From: Nitrososphaerota archaeon
Lineage (GTDB): Archaea > Thermoproteota > Nitrososphaeria > PSMU01
Reading direction: 5' to 3'
Assembly: GCA_040290255.1 (NCBI GenBank)
Contig: PSMU01000003.1
Coordinates: 1 to 64,000, forward strand
Length of the DNA stretch: 64,000 nt
Below, piece after piece: positions 18,947 through 28,394 of the stretch; positions within the stretch are counted from its first letter, which is position 1; every line of letters begins with the position of its first letter. The position numbers and the translations under genes were made by a program. The notes under the pieces were generated by a model. That model was given only the letters and a program-made list of their open reading frames with translations, was not told the DNA's origin and did not search any database.

Positions 18947-19885
18947 ATGGGCGCCGAGAGGCTGGGCAAGGGCCTCTACCTCATCGATACCGTCGCGGTG
19001 GGGGCCAGGGGCACCGTGGCCGCCTATCTCATCCTGGGCCGCAAGAGGGCCCTCGTGGACTGCGGCCATGCCTCGAGCCTCCCCACGCTTCTCGAAGGCC
19101 TGCGCGAAGCGGGCCTGAGGCCCGAGGAGCTCGACTATATCATACCGACCCACGTGCACCTGGACCACGCGGGGGCGGCGGGCGCCCTGGCGCGCCTAGC
19201 GGCTAATGCGCTCGTGGTGGCCCATAGCAGGGCTAAGCCGCACCTGGTCGACCCCTCGAAGCTCATAAGGAGCGCGACGCAGCTCTTCGGGGAGCAGCTG
19301 ATGAAGGCCTATGGCCTTCCCGAGCCCATAGAGGAGGCGAGGGTGCAGGCCTTCGATAGGGAGCTCAGCGTCGACCTGGGAGGGGGGCTTGAGCTGCGGC
19401 TCCTCTATGCGCCGGGCCATGCGCCTCATCAGCTCGTCGCCTACATTGAGCGGGAGAGGATCCTGCTCACCGCGGACAGCGTGGGCATCCTCTATCCGGA
19501 CTTTCCCAGGGCCATGATCCCCACCACCCCGCCGCCGAGCTTTGATCCAGCGCTGGCCATGAGGACGGCGCAGGAGCTCTCACAGCTCCCCGCGGTCAAG
19601 CTTCTCCTGCCTCACTTTGGGCCTCGGGAGGATGTGGCCTGGGTGTGGTCGGAGACCGAGAGGGGAATAGAGAGCTGGGCCCGCGTCGCTGAAAGGACGC
19701 TGGAGGATGGAAAGGGGCCCGAGGCCATCCTAGATCGGATCACGGGCGACTTTCTGAAGAGGGCGGGCGTGGCGGAGCCGGCGAGGCTGCCCGCCTATGT
19801 CAGGGTCTCCCTCTGGACCAGCGCGATGGGCCTTTACACGTATTACACAAAGGATAAAAGCCCTGCGCGCGCCGGGCGCCCATGA
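18947..19885 (+). CDS. MBL-fold metallo-hydrolase
   Basis: THVHLDHAG, PGHAPH, TADSVG, PTTPPP.FD, PHFG. Confidence 0.93.
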   Translation: MGAERLGKGLYLIDTVAVGARGTVAAYLILGRKRALVDCGHASSLPTLLEGLREAGLRPEELDYIIPTHVHLDHAGAAGALARLAANALVVAHSRAKPHLVDPSKLIRSATQLFGEQLMKAYGLPEPIEEARVQAFDRELSVDLGGGLELRLLYAPGHAPHQLVAYIERERILLTADSVGILYPDFPRAMIPTTPPPSFDPALAMRTAQELSQLPAVKLLLPHFGPREDVAWVWSETERGIESWARVAERTLEDGKGPEAILDRITGDFLKRAGVAEPARLPAYVRVSLWTSAMGLYTYYTKDKSPARAGRP

Positions 19886-20673
19886 ACGCCATTCGTGGGC
19901 TCCTGAGGAGGGCTCACGAGGAGGCTTGGGACCCCTGGTCCCTGGCCTTTGAGGGCGACCGTGAGCAGTGGCGTGAAAGGCTCAGCGAGGTGCAGAGGGG
20001 CTACCTGCGGGACCTGCTCTATAGCCAGCTCTATGGCGAATACGAGGTGCTGGAGGGCGTCACAAGGCTCGCGCGGTTAAGCCGGGAGGAGGATGTGAGG
20101 CTCTTCCTGCTGACCCATGCCAGGGATAACGCCGTGCATGCGGATGTGTTCGAGCGCTACCTTCATGACGTGGCCGGCTCGGGGCCTCTGCGCCCCGAGG
20201 AGCTGAAGCTGAAGCTGCCCAAGGCCTACGTCGCGCTCATCGCCGAGGAGCCCAGGAGGCTGCTCTCCAGGCTGGAGGCGAGCTATAATGAGGCGGAACT
20301 TGCCGAGCTGCTCGCGATCTATTACCTGCTGGCCGATGGCATCCTGTACAACACGAGCTACGAGGGCCTCAGGCAGACGGTCTGGGCCCGGGGCTGGCTG
20401 CAGGAGCTCAGGAGGGCCTATGAGCTCATCTCGCGCGATGAGAAGAGGCAGACGCTCTTCGGAGCGCACTATATGAAGAGGCTGGCCTCGGCGAGCCAAG
20501 ATGCCCTGGCGGCGATCGAGGGCGCGCTTTCGAACTACTCGGGGCACGTAATCGCCACCATCGGGCACTTCTCCCCCCTGATCGAGTCCTTTGGCCTCAC
20601 GCTCCAGCACTTCATAGATGTCTCAAGGGAGGTCGTGGCCGAGGAGCTGCAGATCTTGGGCCTCAGGCCCTAG
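19882..20673 (+). CDS. ferritin-like R2/R2lox family protein with altered metal ligands
   Basis: WDP..L.F..D...W, GEYEV, FL.T..RDNAVH, Y..LADG, RDEKRQ..FG; ATGA-coupled to the MBL gene. Confidence 0.8.
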   Translation: MNAIRGLLRRAHEEAWDPWSLAFEGDREQWRERLSEVQRGYLRDLLYSQLYGEYEVLEGVTRLARLSREEDVRLFLLTHARDNAVHADVFERYLHDVAGSGPLRPEELKLKLPKAYVALIAEEPRRLLSRLEASYNEAELAELLAIYYLLADGILYNTSYEGLRQTVWARGWLQELRRAYELISRDEKRQTLFGAHYMKRLASASQDALAAIEGALSNYSGHVIATIGHFSPLIESFGLTLQHFIDVSREVVAEELQILGLRP

Positions 20674-21837
20674 CTAAAAGTCGACGTCGCGCCCTTCATA
20701 GGCATAGAGGAACAGGCGAGCCAGCTCACGCTCATCGGGCACGCGGGGGCTCACGAAGAGCCCCGTCGATTCCTGCGCCCTCGTGACGAGTTCGGGGAGG
20801 TCCCTCTCGAAGGCAGCCCTTGGGATGCCCAGCTCCTGCAGGCTGAGCGGCATGCCCAGCCTCTTGAAGAGCAGCACCGCCTCGCCGATGAGGCCCTTGG
20901 CCCTCGCCTCCTCGCTGTCGCCCGCGATCCTAAGATGATAGGCGAGTTCCGCCAGGTCCTCACGGGCCTCGGGCAAGGTATACTGCAGCGCCTGCTTGAA
21001 GACGGGCGTGAGGGTGCGGCCGTGCTGTATCTTGTAGAGCCCCCCAAGGGCGTGGCCCATGGCGTGGATCAGGCCCACCTGCGAGTTCGAAAAGGCCAGG
21101 CCCAGCAGCGCGGAGGCGATGTGCACCTTCTCTTGGGCCTGCAGGTCTTTCCTATCCGAGCAGGCCAGGGGCAGGTACCTGAAGAGCAGCTCCAGCCCTC
21201 GGGCGGCGAGCGCCTTGGTGAATTCATTCGTCCACTTCGAGATGTACGCCTCTATCCCCTCCGCCACTCCGTCGCTGCCCGTGCTCGCGAGGAGCTGGGC
21301 CGGAGCCCTGAGCGGCAACGCCGGGTCCAGTATTGTAACTAGGGGCACGAGGTCCCTGTTGCCGAACTCCAGCTTCCTCTTCTCCTCGGGGCTGGTCAGC
21401 ACGATGGCCCAGCTCGCCTCCGAGCCGGGCCCGCTCGTGGTCGGTATTGCGACGAGCTTGGCCTTCCTGCCCAGGCCCAAGGGCTCTGAGGGGGTAAGGT
21501 CCTTGAAGTCCAGCTCGGGCCGCTCGTAGAAGAGCCATGCGCTCTTCGCCACATCCGTGCAGGAGGCCCCTCCCAGCGAGATTATCAGGTTGGGCGAAAA
21601 GGCCTGGGCTGCCCTGGCGGCGCGGCGCGCGGTCTCCAGCGAGGGTTCGGGCTCCACGTCGCTGAAGACCTGCACCTGCCTTCCCTTAAGGTGCCCGAGC
21701 AGCAGCTCCAGCAGGCCCAGGCGCTGCATGGTCCTGTCCGTTATGACCAGCACCCTCTCGCCCTCTATTTGCTCCACATACTCCAGGGCCTCCCTGCCGA
21801 AGACTATCGTCCTCGGGGAGGTGTAGACCCAGGCCAT
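20674..21837 (-). CDS. iron-containing alcohol dehydrogenase
   Basis: VEPEPS, LGGAS..DVAK, IPTTSG.GSE, HAMGH, HG. Confidence 0.92.
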   Translation of the reverse strand: MAWVYTSPRTIVFGREALEYVEQIEGERVLVITDRTMQRLGLLELLLGHLKGRQVQVFSDVEPEPSLETARRAARAAQAFSPNLIISLGGASCTDVAKSAWLFYERPELDFKDLTPSEPLGLGRKAKLVAIPTTSGPGSEASWAIVLTSPEEKRKLEFGNRDLVPLVTILDPALPLRAPAQLLASTGSDGVAEGIEAYISKWTNEFTKALAARGLELLFRYLPLACSDRKDLQAQEKVHIASALLGLAFSNSQVGLIHAMGHALGGLYKIQHGRTLTPVFKQALQYTLPEAREDLAELAYHLRIAGDSEEARAKGLIGEAVLLFKRLGMPLSLQELGIPRAAFERDLPELVTRAQESTGLFVSPRVPDERELARLFLYAYEGRDVDF

Positions 21838-21838
21838 G

Positions 21839-22255
21839 CTAGGCGAACTCGCTGGGCACCTTCGTGGCGCAGTTCACCAGCTCCTGCGCCGCCCTCGTAT
21901 AGCGCAGGATCTTCATCATGTTCCCCCTGAGCTTGAACTTGCCCGTCAGGATGCCCTTGATGGGCTCTATCTCGCCCTTGATGAGCTTGACCCAGTTGCC
22001 ATAGGGGCCTTCGTAGACGAACTGCGCCTCCCTCTCTGCCCTGTTGGAAAGCCTTCGCCACTCCCTGACCTTGCCATGATACAGGTCCAGCCAGTAGACC
22101 TCCTCGCGGTCGAAGCGCTCATCCGGCGTTATTATAAAGAGGATATCCCCCTCCCAGTCCCTGGCCGCCTGCTCGTATTCCCTGCTGGCGTTCACTATCT
22201 CCACATACTTCTTGAGCCACTCCTCGGAGGGAAATTTCAGTGGGCGCTCTGCCAC
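21839..22255 (-). CDS. SCP2 sterol/lipid-binding domain protein
   Basis: FPSEEW, WEGD, DLYHG, G.I.PIKGILTGKFKLRGNM. Confidence 0.88.
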   Translation of the reverse strand: MAERPLKFPSEEWLKKYVEIVNASREYEQAARDWEGDILFIITPDERFDREEVYWLDLYHGKVREWRRLSNRAEREAQFVYEGPYGNWVKLIKGEIEPIKGILTGKFKLRGNMMKILRYTRAAQELVNCATKVPSEFA

Positions 22256-22336
22256 GGGCTCTTTTGGCGCACTAACCGTATAAGGCTTTTGCGCCTGCGA
22301 GAGCCTTTTATAGGCGGCCCCTCGGGCCGCTACGCC

Positions 22337-23485
22337 TTGAGGCTGCGCTTCGCACTCATCGGCCTCTTCGCCTCGGTCTTCGCCACCTCGCTGGGGATAG
22401 CCGCGAGCATCTACTATGTGCCGCTCTATATCGCGTACCTGGGCGCGGGGCTCGAGGGCGTGGCGCTGATGGGCGTCTTCAGGAGCCTGGCCTATGCGCT
22501 GCTGCCCGCCTTCGTCGGCAGGCTGGCGGATCGCTTTGGGAGGCTGAGGCTCTATGCCCTGAGCATCTTCCTCAACGCGGCCGCGCTCGTGCTGATGGCC
22601 CTCTCGCCCACGCTCACGCTCGCCTACGCCTCCTCGCTGCTGATGGGCGCGGGCTATGCCTTCTTCTGGCCGATTTCATCCGCCATCGCGGCGAGCATCT
22701 CATCGCAGCAGGGGCGCCTCAGGGCCATGGCCATCTACAGCCTCTCTTGGTCCACGGCCTTTCTCATCGGCCCGCTGGTCGGGGGCTGGCTAAGGACGTT
22801 TCTGGGCTATTGGGGCCTCTTCATCGCCTCGGGGCTGCTCGTCCTGCTGGCCCCGCCCTGGCTCACCTGGATAAGGCTGGGGCAGGAGCGCCAAGCCGGC
22901 CCCATAACGCTCAACTTCCCCAGGGCTATCCTGCCTCTCTATCTGGCGGAGATACCTCACGGCATGGTCTATGGGGTCGCCTCCTCGATTCTTCCCTACT
23001 ATATGGCCCAAAACGGGCTGGGGGACGTGGAGGTGGGGGCGCTCTTCGGCCTCATGGGGGCGGCCAGGCTGCTTCCGCTCCTGGGCATGCTGAGGCCCGT
23101 GGGCCCGGGAGAGCTGCCCATGCTCCTGGCGGCCATGGGCCTCTTCCTGGCCTCCTTCGTGCTGGTGGGGCTGCTGCCCCACTGGGGAGGCTTCGCGCTG
23201 GGGCTCGGGCTGCTAGGCCTGGGGCTGGGCCTGTATTATCCGGCGGCCTCCTCGCTCATCAGCAGGCGGTTCGATAATAGGCACTTGGGCCTCGCGCTGG
23301 GCCTTTTGGAGAGCATCTTCGGGATAGGCCAGATGGCCGGCCCTCCCCTGGGCAAGGAGCTGTATACGGCCCTGGGCCCCGGGCCCTCCTTCGTGGCGCT
23401 GGGCCTGCTCTGGCTATCGATGGCCCCCCTGCTCTTGGCCGCGAACAGAAACCCAAGGAATGGTGGCCGGGGCACCGCCGCGTAA
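22337..23485 (+). CDS. MFS transporter
   Basis: GRLADRFGR motif A, about 12 TM; TTG start after TTTTATA near 22306-22312 (the 549-aa track ORF is over-extended). Confidence 0.9.
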   Translation: MRLRFALIGLFASVFATSLGIAASIYYVPLYIAYLGAGLEGVALMGVFRSLAYALLPAFVGRLADRFGRLRLYALSIFLNAAALVLMALSPTLTLAYASSLLMGAGYAFFWPISSAIAASISSQQGRLRAMAIYSLSWSTAFLIGPLVGGWLRTFLGYWGLFIASGLLVLLAPPWLTWIRLGQERQAGPITLNFPRAILPLYLAEIPHGMVYGVASSILPYYMAQNGLGDVEVGALFGLMGAARLLPLLGMLRPVGPGELPMLLAAMGLFLASFVLVGLLPHWGGFALGLGLLGLGLGLYYPAASSLISRRFDNRHLGLALGLLESIFGIGQMAGPPLGKELYTALGPGPSFVALGLLWLSMAPLLLAANRNPRNGGRGTAA

Positions 23486-23517
23486 GTTGCCGGCCAGCGA
23501 TGGAGCGCCTCGTATAG

Positions 23518-24486
23518 CTAGAGGCGGAGCTTATCGAGCAGGAGCCTCATCATGGCCGCATCCTGCAGCGCCAGGCCCACGCTCTTGAAGAGCGTGAGCT
23601 CCTGCTCATGCTGTCGCCCCGGCTTGCGGCCCAGCACCAGCTCGCCCAGCTCCCCGTACACCTTCTCCCAGGAGAACCTCCCCTCCCGCACGGGTATGAT
23701 CAGGTCGCCCGCCTCCTCCTTCGCGGCCTCCAGCGCGTCGACCACCACCTTGGCCTCCTCCACGGTCTCCGTGTCCAGCTCCCTGGCCTCGGGCCTGTAC
23801 GAGCCTATGGCGTTGATGTGAGCTCCCGGCGCAAGCCAGGCGCGCCTGAGCACGGGCTCGGAGGAGCTCGTGGCCGTCACCACTATGTCAGCGCTCCTCA
23901 CCGCCTCTTCGGGCGTGAGGCAGGGCAGGACCTCGGCGCCCAGCTCCCGGGACATGCCCTTAGAGAAGTCCTGGGCCTTAAGGGGCGTGCGGCTATAGAC
24001 GAAGGCCCTCTCCAGCTTCAGCAGGGACCAGAGCGCCTTCAGCTGGTACCTGGCCTGAAAGCCCGCGCCTATGAGGCCCACGGAGGCAGCATCATGCCTC
24101 GCGAGGTATTTGCTGGCTATAGCGCTGGCCGCGCCCGTCCTGAGGCCGGTGAGCGATGCGGCGCTCGCGAGCAGCCTCGGCTCCCCCGTCCTCGCGTCGA
24201 ACGCCGCTATGAGGCCCTGCACGCTCCTCAGGCCCCGAAGTGCATTTCTCGGAAAGACGGTCACCAGCTTGCAGGTGAAGATGTCGAATGTTGGCACATA
24301 GCAGGGCATGATGAGGAAATCCCCCTCGGAGTTGAGGCCGCTTAGCCTCATGCGTTTTGGCATGAGCACGTTGCCCCTAGCGTGCTCGGCGAAGGCGCGC
24401 TCCACGTAGCTACAGACTTCGCGCAGCTCGAGCAGCTCCTCTATCTCCCTATCGCCCAACAGCCTGGGCCCCCCTTCAGCGCTCAT
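23518..24486 (-). CDS. ornithine cyclodeaminase/mu-crystallin family protein (archaeal alanine dehydrogenase-like)
   Basis: MP, KLVTVFP.N, LTGLRTGA, GAGFQA, FKSVGLALQD. Confidence 0.92.
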   Translation of the reverse strand: MSAEGGPRLLGDREIEELLELREVCSYVERAFAEHARGNVLMPKRMRLSGLNSEGDFLIMPCYVPTFDIFTCKLVTVFPRNALRGLRSVQGLIAAFDARTGEPRLLASAASLTGLRTGAASAIASKYLARHDAASVGLIGAGFQARYQLKALWSLLKLERAFVYSRTPLKAQDFSKGMSRELGAEVLPCLTPEEAVRSADIVVTATSSSEPVLRRAWLAPGAHINAIGSYRPEARELDTETVEEAKVVVDALEAAKEEAGDLIIPVREGRFSWEKVYGELGELVLGRKPGRQHEQELTLFKSVGLALQDAAMMRLLLDKLRL

Positions 24487-25015
24487 GGCCCTTGCGCCCC
24501 TCATGAAGCAGGAGCTGGAGCCTTCGCCGGCAGGCGGGGCAGAAGCCGGGCCCCTTCTCATCCGTGTCCCGCACGTGGCGGCTGAACCTCATGATGCAGC
24601 CCCTGGCGGAGCAGTGGCCCAGGCCGAGCATGTGGCCCGCTTCGTGCACGACCTCCTTTAGCAGCCTGGCCTCCAGGAGCGAGGGATTCGCCGCCTCCCC
24701 ATAGTAGGAGGGGTCGAGCCTTCTCGTGGAGACGACCGCGATGCCCTCGGAGGCCAGGCCAAAGCAGTAGTTCAATCCCCCGGCGTATATGTCATCTTGA
24801 AGCAGGAGCAGCAGGAGCTCGCCCTGCGAGCGGAGCGCCCTGAGGAGCTCCAGCAGGGCCGCCGCGTCATATTGCCCCCTCGCGCGATCATAGGCGCTCT
24901 CCGGCAGCGAGAAGCTCAGGCGCTCAGCTATCACCTCCAGCCCCAGCTGCGCGCGTATGGCCTCTAGGAGGGAGCTGCTTGGCCGCTGAGCCAGCGAGAT
25001 GATGCGCAGCCGCAA
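24476..25015 (-). CDS. amzA: archaemetzincin Zn protease
   Basis: R.QY, NYCFG, HEAGHMLGLGHC, CIM.FS, FCPAC. Confidence 0.93.
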   Translation of the reverse strand: MRLRIISLAQRPSSSLLEAIRAQLGLEVIAERLSFSLPESAYDRARGQYDAAALLELLRALRSQGELLLLLLQDDIYAGGLNYCFGLASEGIAVVSTRRLDPSYYGEAANPSLLEARLLKEVVHEAGHMLGLGHCSARGCIMRFSRHVRDTDEKGPGFCPACRRRLQLLLHEGRKGHER

Positions 25016-25057
25016 CCCGCCTTGGGCGGCGCCGAATCTAGATAAGAATTCCTAGCG

Positions 25058-26920
25058 CTAGGGAGGCAGCTTGAGGGCTCCCACCTGCACGAGCCCTTCG
25101 AGGTGATATGCGCTCAGCAGGGCCCCCGATAGGGCGTAAAGGTGATCTCCGACGAAGAAAGCCCTCACGATATATAGCTCCCGTTCCTCCAGGCCCTTCC
25201 ACGGCCCGCTGGGGAGGTTTGTTATGTTGCCGACGAGCCTGAGCCCCGAGGCCTCGTCAAAGGAGAAGAGCAGCAGCCCCTGCCAGGCCGGGCTCCCGTA
25301 GGACCAAGGGTCGGGCGAATCAGGCCTTGAATAGAGGAGGGCGGGGAAGGCCAGCAGCAGCGTGCCGTTGGGGAGCGCGTACTGCGTAAGCGCCCTATGA
25401 TCGGCCAGCAGGGGTGAGTCGCTTCCCCTATAGCCAAAGGAGAAGCTCTTCAGCTCCTTCAGCTTCGCCCCGTCGAGCCTAAAGAGGGAGACCTTAAGTC
25501 CTTGGTACCAGGCGAACTGCCCTGAGGGGTCGGCAATGGCCTCCTTGCCGAAGCCCAGCAGGTATCCATTCGTCAGCGGATGAAGGTACTGCGAATAGCC
25601 CGGCAGCTCCACGTGGCCGATGATCTTAGGATTGCGCGGGTCGCTAAGCGATATCGCGATCACGGGATCTACTTTCTTGAAGGTCACGAGGTAGGCCACG
25701 TCGCCCACGAACCTCGCGGCATACATGCTCTCGCCCGGCGAGATGCCCTCCAGCGCGCCCACGACCCTCAGCTCCATGCTCAGTACGTAGACCGCGCTGC
25801 TCTCGGCCATCCCCTCGGGCTGCGCTCGCCAAAGATGCGTGGCCACCCTCAGGTGATCGTCCTTTTCGTCGAGCGAGAACTGGTCCAGCAGCGTGCCCGG
25901 CACCGCCCCCTGCGCGGCTATGCTGACGTGCCCCCCCTGAAGGGAAAGCCGCACCAGCGTGGTGTTCGGCCCCTGTATAATGGGCGTGACGGGGAGGGCC
26001 TGAGGGCCTGAGGACGGGGCGGGGAGCAGGGGGAACATGATGTAGGGCGGCATGGGGAACGCGATGTAGAGGTTCCTAGAGGAAGCATAGAGCGTGGAGG
26101 CAAACCCCAGCAGCAGGGCCTTCGCGCCTACGTTGCCCTCCTCGAGCGATATCGAGAGCACCAGCGCGTAGTCCTGCGCGCCCTGGCTGAGGACCTCGCC
26201 GTAGTAGATGTCCTGAGCCTCGAGGACCCTGGGGGCCCCATTCACGCTGTAGCTGGGAAGAGAGGGTATGGGCCCCCGAGGCCCGTAGCTGAAGGCGGGC
26301 TGAAGGGCCACCACGTACGCATAGCCCTCTATGAGGCGGGAGGCGACATAGCTGCCGTTCAGGGCCACGGAGGATATCAGGCGTGGCGAGCTTATCTGCG
26401 AAATGTCATACAGCAGCACGGCCACGGACTGAGGGCAACGGTACGGGAAGAGGGCTATGCAGTAACGGGGCTCCTCGCCCATCACGAGAAGCCTATTCCA
26501 CGCCACGAAGAGCTCACGCGCCTGAAGGCCCTCGAGCTTGAGGGTTGCCTGGACGCTCATCCTCTCGGGCGAGCCTGCGGAGGCTATGATTATGGTGTCA
26601 CCCTTTGCGATGTAAATATAGCGGCCATCGGTCTTCGCCATATCGGGCTCGTCCACGCCCTGCACCTGTATGTTGGTGGCGCTAAAAGGGAGCTGTGGGC
26701 CCGCCCTGGGGCTTTGCAGCGCGGGCAAAACCACCGCATAAGGATGCGAGGCCTGGCTGACGAGGAAGGCGATGAGCTGGGCATGTGAGGAGAAGGGCCT
26801 GAGCTGCGATGATGGAGAAGCGGGCTGAAGGAGATGGGCGCCTAGGCCTAAGGAGGCGAGCAGCACCAGGCCCACGATGGCGAGCTGGGCCATCGCGCGC
26901 CGCAGGCTTGATGCGCTCAT
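25058..26920 (-). CDS. secreted/anchored beta-propeller domain protein
   Basis: SATNIQVQGVDEPD..KTDG, QFSLDE, GE..YA.RF.GD, VTFKKVDP, PGYSQYLHP. Confidence 0.9.
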   Translation of the reverse strand: MSASSLRRAMAQLAIVGLVLLASLGLGAHLLQPASPSSQLRPFSSHAQLIAFLVSQASHPYAVVLPALQSPRAGPQLPFSATNIQVQGVDEPDMAKTDGRYIYIAKGDTIIIASAGSPERMSVQATLKLEGLQARELFVAWNRLLVMGEEPRYCIALFPYRCPQSVAVLLYDISQISSPRLISSVALNGSYVASRLIEGYAYVVALQPAFSYGPRGPIPSLPSYSVNGAPRVLEAQDIYYGEVLSQGAQDYALVLSISLEEGNVGAKALLLGFASTLYASSRNLYIAFPMPPYIMFPLLPAPSSGPQALPVTPIIQGPNTTLVRLSLQGGHVSIAAQGAVPGTLLDQFSLDEKDDHLRVATHLWRAQPEGMAESSAVYVLSMELRVVGALEGISPGESMYAARFVGDVAYLVTFKKVDPVIAISLSDPRNPKIIGHVELPGYSQYLHPLTNGYLLGFGKEAIADPSGQFAWYQGLKVSLFRLDGAKLKELKSFSFGYRGSDSPLLADHRALTQYALPNGTLLLAFPALLYSRPDSPDPWSYGSPAWQGLLLFSFDEASGLRLVGNITNLPSGPWKGLEERELYIVRAFFVGDHLYALSGALLSAYHLEGLVQVGALKLPP

Positions 26921-26963
26921 GCTAGGGCCTAACCAAGCACCATTAAGATGCTAGGCTCCTGAA

Positions 26964-26973
26964 TGAACGTTCA
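26964..26973. promoter_or_regulatory. palindromic operator candidate TGAACGTTCA
   Basis: Perfect 10-bp palindrome flanked by TGAA/TTCA, lying between divergent TATA boxes. Confidence 0.45.
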
Positions 26974-27022
26974 ACTTCATAGCACGCATGGCTTTTTATT
27001 CGCGGCGCGCAAGGCCCTCCTG

Positions 27023-27442
27023 TTGGCCGAGCAGGAGCTCGAGAAGCTGCTCAGGGGGAAGGCGCTGCGCATCTATCTGCTGCTGCTCTCCAGGAGGCAG
27101 GGCATGACTGCCAGGGAGGTGCAGAGGGAGCTGGGCCTTAGCACGCCCAGCTTGGCGGTCTATCATCTCGAGAGGCTTAGGGAGGCGGGCCTGCTCAGCA
27201 AGGACGAGCACGGGAGGTATGCCGTGGCCGAGAAGGCGGACGTGCATGTGCTCAGGGCCTTCGTGGTATACAGGAATATAGCGCTGCCGCGCTTCCTCTT
27301 CTACGCCGTCTTCTTCACCTCGGCGACCGTGCTATTGCCCCTCTTCTCCATCTTCGCCCCGCTTACGGAGATACTCGGCACAATTGCGGCCCTGAGCTTT
27401 TGGTATGAGACGTGGAGGTTCTGGAGGAGGAAGCCCTTTTGA
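27023..27442 (+). CDS. winged-HTH (ArsR-like) protein with C-terminal TM hairpin
   Basis: LRIYLLLL, REVQRELGLSTPSLA.YHLE.L, then two TM segments; TTG after TTTTTATT. Confidence 0.85.
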   Translation: MAEQELEKLLRGKALRIYLLLLSRRQGMTAREVQRELGLSTPSLAVYHLERLREAGLLSKDEHGRYAVAEKADVHVLRAFVVYRNIALPRFLFYAVFFTSATVLLPLFSIFAPLTEILGTIAALSFWYETWRFWRRKPF

Positions 27443-27507
27443 GGCCCGTCCCCTCAAGGCACGTTCTAGGCTCTAGAGCTATATATGAGGCGGCCGAGAC
27501 GAAGCTG

Positions 27508-27804
27508 GTGATCAGGGCGATAGCGGGGGGAGGGCTGCTGGGCCTGCTGCTGGCACTTCTCTCCCGCCTCCCCTACTTTGCGACCGAAAGGCCACCCCTG
27601 CTGGGCCCGGGCCTAGGAGAAGGGGTCCTGGTCGTGGCGCCCGCGAGGAACGAGTCGCTGGCCTGGCATGCAGGGCTTCCGGGCCACTACGCGGAATACC
27701 TCCCCCTGGGCCTGTTGGCCCTGGCCCTTGCCCTGCTTCCCGCGGCGCTGATCTATCTTGTAACGTTGAGGGGGCCTCAAGAGATGGGCCCCCTGAATGC
27801 GTAG
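27508..27804 (+). CDS. small hypothetical membrane protein
   Basis: Two hydrophobic segments; GTG start after TATATAT at about 27480-27486. Confidence 0.55.
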   Translation: MIRAIAGGGLLGLLLALLSRLPYFATERPPLLGPGLGEGVLVVAPARNESLAWHAGLPGHYAEYLPLGLLALALALLPAALIYLVTLRGPQEMGPLNA

Positions 27805-28394
27805 AGGTCCACGTAGAACGAGTGAAATCGCTTCCTATGGAAGTCGAGCGAAGGCGGGAGCCTGAGGAGGTAAGTGCCCAGCAGGAGGGCCTCCTTGCCC
27901 AGGGCCGCGGCCATCGAGGACAGCAGCCTCCTGGCGGCCTTGGTGCTCTTGTGCAGGCTGTAGACCCTATCGGCGGCCCCCAGAGCAGCCCTCAAGAACT
28001 CCACGTCCGCGCCCCTCCTTCTGACGCCAAAGGGTGGGTTCTGGACGACGGTATCGGCCCGCAGCGCCAGCCGCGGGACCTGGGCTCTAATGAAATCGAC
28101 GCTGCCCAGCACGCCCAGCCGTTGGGCCGCGCGCCTCGCCTCTTCAAGGGCCCTGCCGTCTATATCGACGCCTACAGCAAGCGAAGCGCCGAGAAGGGCG
28201 CTGCCTATGGTGAGCCTACCCGTGCCGCAGCCCAGGTCTACGACCCTCCTATCGCGCACGGCGCCGTCCATATATGCCCTCCACAGCAGCTCGGCGGCAA
28301 GGGGCGCGGGCAGCGTGTATTGTTCAAGCTCCGCGCTGGGGTAACGGTGAGGTGGCACGCGCTCTAGGGCGATCTCGAGCCGCTTCCTGTGCAC
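27777..28394 (-). CDS. METTL5-family N6-adenine RNA methyltransferase
   Basis: LEQY, DLGCGTG, NPPFG, AD..FL, YSLHK, FHRK. Confidence 0.92.
   Translation of the reverse strand: MHRKRLEIALERVPPHRYPSAELEQYTLPAPLAAELLWRAYMDGAVRDRRVVDLGCGTGRLTIGSALLGASLAVGVDIDGRALEEARRAAQRLGVLGSVDFIRAQVPRLALRADTVVQNPPFGVRRRGADVEFLRAALGAADRVYSLHKSTKAARRLLSSMAAALGKEALLLGTYLLRLPPSLDFHRKRFHSFYVDLYAFRGPIS

Noticed and set aside
21836-22336. Long N-terminal extension on the MFS ORF (549 aa)
   Set aside because: It is the antisense shadow of the SCP2 gene; a TATA box and TTG at 22337 give a normal MFS.
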